Part shown: piece after piece, positions 57,608-64,000 of the stretch | How the letters are laid out: each line of letters begins with the position of its first letter | How positions within the stretch are numbered: the stretch's first letter is position 1 | Sequence record: MK799832.1 | Strand: one strand, 5' to 3' | DNA length: 64,000 nucleotides | Program-made: the position numbers and the translations under genes | The notes under the pieces: generated by a model | The model's input: the letters and a program-made list of their open reading frames with translations, nothing else | What the model was told of the DNA's origin: nothing | Databases searched by the model: none

Positions 57608-58258
57608 ATGAAACTAATCAGAGAAGAAATCGAGTCAGTTGATTTTATCGTCGAAGAGAAGGGCGGTAAGAAACATATGTACATTGAGGGTATCTTCCTT
57701 CAGGGTAACATCTGTAATCGTAATGGCAGAATGTATCAAATGGAAGGCCTGAGAAAGGAAGTCCAAAGATACACAGAAAACCATATTAATTCTGGGAGGG
57801 CTCTTGGAGAACTCGGACACCCAGACGGCCCGACTGTTAATCTTGATCGCGTCAGTCACAAAATTATTTCACTCAAAGAAGACGGAAATAATTTCATTGG
57901 TAAAGCAAAAATCTTATCAACACCAATGGGTAACATTGCGAAGTCACTCATCGGAGAAGGAGTTAAATTGGGTGTTTCTAGTAGAGGTATTGGGTCACTC
58001 AAGCAAACCAGAGAAGGTGTAAACATTGTTGGTGACGACTTCATGTTAGCAACTGCTGCTGATATCGTTGCTGATCCTTCTGCACCAGATGCTTTCGTTG
58101 AAGGTATTATGGAAGGAAAAGAGTGGGTTTGGGATGGTGGTATCCTCAGAGAACAGGCCGCCAAGAAAACCTACAAGCAGATCAACACTCTTGTAACTCA
58201 AGGTCAACTTGATGAGAAGAAACTTGATCTGTTCAATAACTTTTTAAACAATCTTTGA
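57608..58258 (+). CDS. gp21: Prohead protease gp21
   Basis: IEGIFLQG...NRNGRMY, ALGELGHP, GVSSRGIGSL and ADIVADPSAPDAFV motifs. Confidence 0.97.
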   Translation: MKLIREEIESVDFIVEEKGGKKHMYIEGIFLQGNICNRNGRMYQMEGLRKEVQRYTENHINSGRALGELGHPDGPTVNLDRVSHKIISLKEDGNNFIGKAKILSTPMGNIAKSLIGEGVKLGVSSRGIGSLKQTREGVNIVGDDFMLATAADIVADPSAPDAFVEGIMEGKEWVWDGGILREQAAKKTYKQINTLVTQGQLDEKKLDLFNNFLNNL

Positions 58259-58280
58259 TAAGTTATTGAAATATACAATT

Positions 58281-58288
58281 TATAAATA
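58281..58288 (+). promoter_or_regulatory. Late promoter TATAAATA upstream of gp22
   Basis: Exact gp55 consensus. Confidence 0.8.
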
Positions 58289-58325
58289 AATATAGATTAA
58301 AAAAGGTTAATCGGAGTAACTTCAA

Positions 58326-59384
58326 ATGTCTCGTGGAGATTTACAAGAAATGGAGCAATCTAAAACTGCTGTGAACGCGAACGCTAAACCTGCTGAAGGT
58401 ATGCCTAAGCTTTCCAGCCCAGGCGAAGGCCTGTCAACTTCCTACGAAGATCTCGGTGGTCCTACCCCTGAGAACTACAAACCAGACAACGATTCTGCAA
58501 AGCTCAGAGAGCCTAAGATCGCTACTGTCAAGGATGTGGTCAATAAGGGTGCAAAAGCTGCTGATCCAATGAAGAAAATGGCTAAGGAAGAAATCGAAAC
58601 CGAAGAGGAAGTCCTCGAAGAGGAAGAGATTGTATCCGAAGAAGAAGTTACCGAAGAGACTGTTGACATCGAAGAGGACGTAAATGCACTCCTCGGTGGT
58701 GAAGAGCTCTCTGAAGAATTCAAAGAAAAGGCACGTGTCATCTTTGAAGCTGCATTAACCTCAAAAATCAAAGAAATCCAGGAATCCCTGGAAGTCCAGT
58801 ACGCTGAGCGTCTGGATGAGGAGAGACAAGCCCTTAAGGGTGAACTCACCGAGAGAGTTGACGCATATCTCGAATATGTCTGCGAAGAGTGGATGACCGA
58901 GAATGAGTTGGCTATCGAACATGGTCTCAAGACCGAAATGACTGAATCCTTCCTGTCTGGCATGAAGGGTCTTTTTGAAGAACATTATGTAACTATCCCT
59001 GAAGAAAAATATGATGTACTTGAGAGCATGGTAGAAAAACTTGATGATATGGAGACTAAACTCAATGAGCAGATTGAGAAGAACATTGGTCTGAACAGAA
59101 GACTCGCTGAGTCCACTGCTGACACCGTTCTTTCAATCGTCTCTGAAGGTCTTGCTGAGACCCAGAAAGAGAAGCTCGCTTCACTTGCTGAAAGTGTAGA
59201 GTTTGAAAGTGAAGAAGAATATCGTGAAAAGCTGGAGACCCTGAAGGAGTCATACTTCTCCAAGGCACCTTCCGCGAAATCTGAAGCACCTCAGACAATC
59301 TCTGAAAGTGTAGATTCAACCCCTGCTCCTACCTCTACAGGTATGGAACAGTACATGAGAGCACTTGGTGCATTCAAAAAGTGA
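58326..59384 (+). CDS. gp22: Prohead scaffold protein gp22
   Basis: Glu-rich coiled coil; FKEKARVIFEAAL, VDAYLEYVCEEWM and YREKLETLKESYF motifs. Confidence 0.95.
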   Translation: MSRGDLQEMEQSKTAVNANAKPAEGMPKLSSPGEGLSTSYEDLGGPTPENYKPDNDSAKLREPKIATVKDVVNKGAKAADPMKKMAKEEIETEEEVLEEEEIVSEEEVTEETVDIEEDVNALLGGEELSEEFKEKARVIFEAALTSKIKEIQESLEVQYAERLDEERQALKGELTERVDAYLEYVCEEWMTENELAIEHGLKTEMTESFLSGMKGLFEEHYVTIPEEKYDVLESMVEKLDDMETKLNEQIEKNIGLNRRLAESTADTVLSIVSEGLAETQKEKLASLAESVEFESEEEYREKLETLKESYFSKAPSAKSEAPQTISESVDSTPAPTSTGMEQYMRALGAFKK

Positions 59385-59427
59385 ATTTAACATTCATTCA
59401 AACAAACTAACTATTAGGTAAAAGCAA

Positions 59428-60858
59428 ATGTTTCAATCCGAACATCTGCAGGAAAAGTGGAGTCCACTTCTCGACTATGAAGGTCTTGATCCCATCAAGG
59501 ACACTCACAGAAGAGCTGTAACCGCAGTCCTGCTCGAAAACCAAGAAAAATTCCTCCGTGAGGAGCAAGCATTCCAGTCAGGTATCAACCTGATGGAAAC
59601 CCCAACCAACGCTGCTAACGCTGCTGGTGCATCTGGTGGTTTTGGTGCTGATTCACCAGCTGCTGGTCCTACCGCTGGTTTCGACCCTGTTCTGATCTCC
59701 CTGATCAGACGCGCAATGCCTAACCTGGTCGCATATGACCTCGCAGGCGTTCAGCCAATGAACGGTCCTACTGGCCTGATCTTCGCAATGAGATCTCGCT
59801 ACGAGAACCAGTCTGGCTCCGAGACCTTCTACAACGAAGTCGATACCGCATTCTCTGGTCAGGATGACGGCTTCAACCTGACCGCAGGCATGTCTGATGC
59901 TAATGCTGGTCTGGGTACAACCGCACAGTCTGGTACCAACCCTTCAGTACTCAACCCTGTTGGTACTGCATCATCCACTGGCTACAACGTAGGCCAGGGT
60001 ATGGTAACTGGTGACGCTGAGAACCTGGGTTCAGGTACTGGCGATCACTTCAACCAGATGGCATTCTCGATCGAGAAAGTCACTGTAACCGCTAAGTCAA
60101 GAGCACTCAAGGCTGAGTACTCCTTGGAACTGGCACAAGACCTCAAGGCAATCCATGGTCTGAATGCTGAGGCTGAGTTGGCAAACATTCTCTCAACCGA
60201 GATTCTTGCTGAAATCAACCGCGAAGTCATCAGAACCATCTATAAGACTGCTGAGCAAGGTGCCGTTTCTAACACTGCAACTGCTGGTGTATTTGACCTC
60301 GACGTTGACTCCAACGGTCGTTGGTCTGTTGAGAAGTTCAAGGGTCTTCTGTTCCAGATCGAGAGAGACGCTAACGCGATTGCTCAAAGAACTCGTCGTG
60401 GCAAGGGCAACATGATTCTGTGTTCCGCAGACGTTGCTTCCGCACTGACCATGGCTGGTATCCTCGACTACACCCCAGCACTCAACGCTAACCTGAACGT
60501 TGACGACACTGGCAACACCTTCGCTGGTACCATCAACGGTAAGTTCCGCGTCTACATCGACCCATATTCTGCTAACCTGTCTGCTGCTAACGCTGCAACC
60601 AACGGTGGTAACCAGTACTATGTCGTCGGTTATAAGGGTTCTTCACCTTATGACGCTGGTCTGTTCTATTGTCCTTATGTTCCTCTCCAGATGGTTCGTG
60701 CCGTCGGTGAGAACACCTTCCAGCCAAAAATCGGCTTCAAGACCCGTTACGGTCTCGTTGCTAACCCATTCGCTGAAGGTATTGACCAAGGTCTTGGCAG
60801 ACTCAGAGTTAACTCCAACCGTTACTACAGACGTGTTGCTGTTAAGAACCTCATGTGA
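59428..60858 (+). CDS. gp23: Major capsid protein gp23
   Basis: GVQPMNGPTGLIFAMRSRY, KSRALKAEYSLELAQDLKAIHGL and FQPKIGFKTRYG motifs. Confidence 0.99.
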   Translation: MFQSEHLQEKWSPLLDYEGLDPIKDTHRRAVTAVLLENQEKFLREEQAFQSGINLMETPTNAANAAGASGGFGADSPAAGPTAGFDPVLISLIRRAMPNLVAYDLAGVQPMNGPTGLIFAMRSRYENQSGSETFYNEVDTAFSGQDDGFNLTAGMSDANAGLGTTAQSGTNPSVLNPVGTASSTGYNVGQGMVTGDAENLGSGTGDHFNQMAFSIEKVTVTAKSRALKAEYSLELAQDLKAIHGLNAEAELANILSTEILAEINREVIRTIYKTAEQGAVSNTATAGVFDLDVDSNGRWSVEKFKGLLFQIERDANAIAQRTRRGKGNMILCSADVASALTMAGILDYTPALNANLNVDDTGNTFAGTINGKFRVYIDPYSANLSAANAATNGGNQYYVVGYKGSSPYDAGLFYCPYVPLQMVRAVGENTFQPKIGFKTRYGLVANPFAEGIDQGLGRLRVNSNRYYRRVAVKNLM

Positions 60859-60882
60859 TCCATCACAAGAGATCGTAACCAA

Positions 60883-60908
60883 GGGACCCGCAAGGGTCTC
60901 TTTTTTTA
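60883..60908 (+). terminator. Rho-independent terminator after gp23
   Basis: GGGACCC-GCAA-GGGTCTC followed by a T run. Confidence 0.9.
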
Positions 60909-60943
60909 TGCGTTGATAAATAGAAGAAAAGTATCTTTGATCG

Positions 60944-62551
60944 ATGTCAAATATTCTCACTAATAATATTAACCCTAGAAGTGGTAATAAGATTACTATT
61001 GGTGGGGTTAATGACAGAGTATCTATTGCTGGTACTCTGACTTATGAAGATGTCACCAGTGTAGATTCTGTTGGTGTCATTACTGCAAGACAAGGTGTAG
61101 TAATTGGTACAGGGACATCTATTGGTAATCCTGCTAATAATGAGTTAGGTTTATATACAAATTCTTCAGAGCGTCTACGCATCGACAGCAGCGGCAGGTT
61201 GTTGGTTGGAGTAACAAGCGGCAGAACGTTTGCCTCATTTGCTCCTGGTGGTGGAAATTTACAAGTTGAGGGAACTGTTTATCAAAATTCGTCTATGAGT
61301 TTGACGAACAATCAAAATGGAAGCGACGGCGGTTATTTGTTGTTTGGAAAAAGTAGAGGTACATCAGTCGGCTCAAGTACAATTGTTGCTAATGATGATC
61401 AGTTAGGTGCCCTTTGGTTTTCAGGTGCAGACGGATCACAGCTAGCAAGAGGGGCAGAAATTGTAGCGGCTGTAGATGGAACGCCGGGCGCTGACGACAT
61501 GCCAGGCCGTTTGGTATTTAAAACCAGCGCCGACGGCTCTATTACCCCGACAGAAAGGATGCGCATCGACAGCTCTGGCCGCATGTTGATTGGTACGGCT
61601 ACTGCGCGTAGCAATTTCTATGATTCAACTAATTCCCCTTATATTCAACTTGAAGGAGCTGATAACAATAGTTCAGGTATAGCACTTATTCAAAATTATG
61701 ACGCAGATACTTTAGGGGCTGCACTTGTACTGGCAAAAAACAACTCCCAAACAAAAGGGACAAATGTACTGGTTGATATCAATGACACATGTGGCCAAAT
61801 CAGTTTCCAAGGCAATGATGGTACGCACTTCATAGAGGCTGCACGTATTGCCGCTCAGATAGACGACACCCCTGGCGCTAATGATATGCCAGGTCGTTTA
61901 GTGTTTTATACCACCAATAATAATGGCACTGGTGCGGCAGAACGGATGAGACTTACTCATACCTCAGACCCCACATTGCTTATTGGATGTACAAGCAACA
62001 GCAGCGCCGATGACGACGGTGTTAAAATTAGAGGATCCAGTTCTTCAACTGTAGACGTAGTTATAAACGCAGCATCAAATATCAATCTTAATCATGTTTA
62101 CAACGTAAACGCCACAAACAATGGCTATAGATATTATTTGTCCGCAGATGGTGGTATTAGAAATTTTTCTTCTAATAATAGTAACATTTCCGATGAACGT
62201 GAAAAGAAAAACATTGAAACACTTGACAGTACTTGGAGTTGTCTAAAAAACTGGGAACTCAAAAAGTTCCACTATAATGGACAAGCAGATACAGAGGACA
62301 AAAAGTATGGTGTTATAGCACAACAAGTTGCTCCACACTGTCCAGAAGTAATTAGTGATTGGGTCACACAAAAAGCATCAGATGCTGTTCTTGATGCTGA
62401 TGGCAACATCGTTACTCCTGCCAAAGAAGAAATCGTCCGTATGGGTGTTAAAGAACAACAGATGATGTGGATGGCAATCAGGGCCCTTCAAGAAGCACAG
62501 ACTAGAATTGAAACCCTGGAAGCTCAGGTTGCAGAACTTCAAGATAACTGA
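60944..62551 (+). CDS. Tail fibre/spike-like protein with C-terminal S74-type intramolecular chaperone
   Basis: Two ERxRIDSSGR...DMPGRLVF modules; SDEREKKNIE...YGVIAQQV chaperone motif and a terminal coiled coil. Confidence 0.8.
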   Translation: MSNILTNNINPRSGNKITIGGVNDRVSIAGTLTYEDVTSVDSVGVITARQGVVIGTGTSIGNPANNELGLYTNSSERLRIDSSGRLLVGVTSGRTFASFAPGGGNLQVEGTVYQNSSMSLTNNQNGSDGGYLLFGKSRGTSVGSSTIVANDDQLGALWFSGADGSQLARGAEIVAAVDGTPGADDMPGRLVFKTSADGSITPTERMRIDSSGRMLIGTATARSNFYDSTNSPYIQLEGADNNSSGIALIQNYDADTLGAALVLAKNNSQTKGTNVLVDINDTCGQISFQGNDGTHFIEAARIAAQIDDTPGANDMPGRLVFYTTNNNGTGAAERMRLTHTSDPTLLIGCTSNSSADDDGVKIRGSSSSTVDVVINAASNINLNHVYNVNATNNGYRYYLSADGGIRNFSSNNSNISDEREKKNIETLDSTWSCLKNWELKKFHYNGQADTEDKKYGVIAQQVAPHCPEVISDWVTQKASDAVLDADGNIVTPAKEEIVRMGVKEQQMMWMAIRALQEAQTRIETLEAQVAELQDN

Positions 62552-62576
62552 TAAATACTCATAAACCACTTATAGG

Positions 62577-62738
62577 ATGATGGCATCTTTTATAAAGAAA
62601 GTGATCTGTGACAAAGAGGTATATTACAAAGGTAGAGAACAGTGGACTGATAAGTTTTCAGAAAGAAAACAATTCACCACTGAAGCTGATGCCAGAGAAG
62701 AATATATCAGGTATGCAGGTCTTGTAGTAAACGAATAA
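62577..62738 (+). CDS. Small hypothetical protein, 53 aa
   Basis: Hand-translated MMASFIKKVICDKEVYYKGREQWTDKFSERKQFTTEADAREEYIRYAGLVVNE; stop 1 nt before gp3. Confidence 0.65.
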   Translation: MMASFIKKVICDKEVYYKGREQWTDKFSERKQFTTEADAREEYIRYAGLVVNE

Positions 62739-62739
62739 A

Positions 62740-63288
62740 ATGACACAACCTCTTACAAACCAGATATCTGATAGAAACTTTCTACAGGCTACTGGATTTA
62801 GTTTCACTGTCAACAGGGCACCTAAACTTGGATTCTTTGGTAATGCAATCAATGTACCTGGTCTTGTCATGGGAACCTTGGTACAACCAAGTTATACGAG
62901 ACAGATTCCAAGACCTGGCGATATCTTAGAATTCAATGACTTAAGAATTCGTTTCTTGATTGACGCAGGTCTTGAGAACTATATGGAGATTCAAACCTGG
63001 TTAAGAGGTATTGGTTTCCCTGAAAGTCTTGATGAGATTTATGCATTCCAAAAGACTGGTCCCGTCAAACAGACACCCAACAGCGAGATTAACTTGTTCT
63101 CTGATGGAACCCTCACTATCCTGAACGGTATCAATAGACCAGTGTTTGCGGTCAAGTTTAAGGACTTATTCCCTACCACATTGTCAGACATTCAGTTTGA
63201 CGCAACAGGAACCGATGTGGAATACTTGACAGCTGATGTCACCTTCAAGTATTCTAACTATACTATAGAAGCATTTGAGTGTTGCTAA
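62740..63288 (+). CDS. gp3: Tail tube terminator gp3
   Basis: NFLQATGFSF...PGDILEFNDLRIRFLIDAGLENY...LFPTTLSDIQFD; lies before uvsY. Confidence 0.85.
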   Translation: MTQPLTNQISDRNFLQATGFSFTVNRAPKLGFFGNAINVPGLVMGTLVQPSYTRQIPRPGDILEFNDLRIRFLIDAGLENYMEIQTWLRGIGFPESLDEIYAFQKTGPVKQTPNSEINLFSDGTLTILNGINRPVFAVKFKDLFPTTLSDIQFDATGTDVEYLTADVTFKYSNYTIEAFECC

Positions 63289-63723
63289 ATGATTGACCTA
63301 CCTACACTTCAACAGATGTGGGAAAAGGATTCTAAAATTGACATTGACAACTTACATACCGAGTCTTTGAACATTCCAGTTCTGCACTCCAAATATTATG
63401 ACATTTATAATAACCTCATGTTGTTGAGGAAGAAAGCAGAACAACAAAAGAAGAATGTAAGACACGAGAGATATGAATACTATTCGGGTAAAGCAGACCC
63501 TGATGTTTATGTCAAAGATCCGTTTCCTAAAAAGATCCGAGATAAAGACACTATGCAAAAATATCTGGACGCTGATGAGAGACTCTCAGGAATTTCGTTG
63601 AAGATTGAATATTACGATGTAATGCTACGATACATAGAAGAGATTCTTAAACAGATTGGGAATCGAACGTATCAAATCAAAAACAGTATTGAGTTCATGA
63701 GATTTAGTTCAGGGTTAGGTTAA
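63289..63723 (+). CDS. uvsY: Recombination mediator UvsY
   Basis: MWEKDSKID...LHSKY...RYEYYSGKA...YLDADERL...IKNSIEFMRF motifs. Confidence 0.9.
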   Translation: MIDLPTLQQMWEKDSKIDIDNLHTESLNIPVLHSKYYDIYNNLMLLRKKAEQQKKNVRHERYEYYSGKADPDVYVKDPFPKKIRDKDTMQKYLDADERLSGISLKIEYYDVMLRYIEEILKQIGNRTYQIKNSIEFMRFSSGLG

Positions 63724-63908
63724 TGGAAGAAGAAAGACCTTATGTAGAATTAGATTTAGATATTGAAGATGTCTATCTTATCTACAACTCTGTGAAGTTT
63801 CATTATGAGAAGTGGCCTGGTGGTCATCCTGATGAACAAGCAAGACTAAATTTTATGAAAAACTTTCTGTATCGGATTGTTTTACAATATAAGTTTGAAA
63901 ATATGTAA
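63723..63908 (+). CDS. Hypothetical protein, 61 aa
   Basis: Coupled to uvsY (TAATG). Confidence 0.65.
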   Translation: MEEERPYVELDLDIEDVYLIYNSVKFHYEKWPGGHPDEQARLNFMKNFLYRIVLQYKFENM

Positions 63909-63937
63909 TAAATACTTGTAGGTGAGAACCTACATGT

Positions 63938-64000
63938 ATGGCTGATTTGACTATAGAAAAGGTAAACGAAGTTTACCTAAAGATTACGACAGAACCACAC
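63938..64000 (+). CDS. uvsW: Start of UvsW helicase (partial)
   Basis: Only MADLTIEKVNEVYLKITTEPH is visible; the call rests on this N-terminus and its position after uvsY. Confidence 0.7.
   Translation, partial: MADLTIEKVNEVYLKITTEPH

Noticed and set aside
49987-60858. Inteins or introns in gp17, gp20, gp21, gp23
   Set aside because: The ORFs are uninterrupted, of ordinary length, and show no splicing or LAGLIDADG motifs.
42090-62870. Minus-strand and alternate-frame ORFs within gp15-gp3 (e.g. 58475-58963, 57856-58164, 60500-60916)
   Set aside because: They lie antisense or out of frame to conserved genes, explained by codon bias.
1-64000. tRNA, rRNA, integrase, transposase, diversity-generating retroelement
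   Set aside because: No cloverleaf or recombinase/reverse transcriptase motifs seen by eye; tRNAscan-SE and HMM searches were not run.

Overview
This window is part of a T4-like myovirus genome. Gene order and protein sequences point to a cyanophage (Kyanoviridae-type); the host assignment is inference, as no photosynthesis genes are in the window. Positions 1-40500 are coded on the minus strand. Read from 40500 towards 1 they give an array of about 30 small hypothetical genes (31-40.4 kb) punctuated by 12 copies of a 30-38 bp motif, a short accessory block (GT-A glycosyltransferase-like, ParB-like, K/R-rich peptide, SET domain), then the baseplate/neck module gp25-gp6-gp7-gp9-like-gp8-VrlC-like-gp13-gp14. 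From 40501 the + strand carries gp15, gp16, fibre-like genes, gp17-gp23, an S74-chaperone fibre, gp3, uvsY and the start of uvsW. The strand switch coincides with a 43-nt inverted duplication of the gp14 3' end (1-43 vs 40501-40543, one mismatch). Flipping 1-40500 restores a complete 489-aa gp14 and the canonical gp14-gp15 order, so the segment is either a mis-oriented contig (more likely) or a real inversion. The best biological leads are the promoter/cassette array and the SET gene coupled to a lysine-rich peptide. I saw no tRNA, rRNA, CRISPR array, integrase or intein. All family calls are from motif recognition by eye; no database searches were run.
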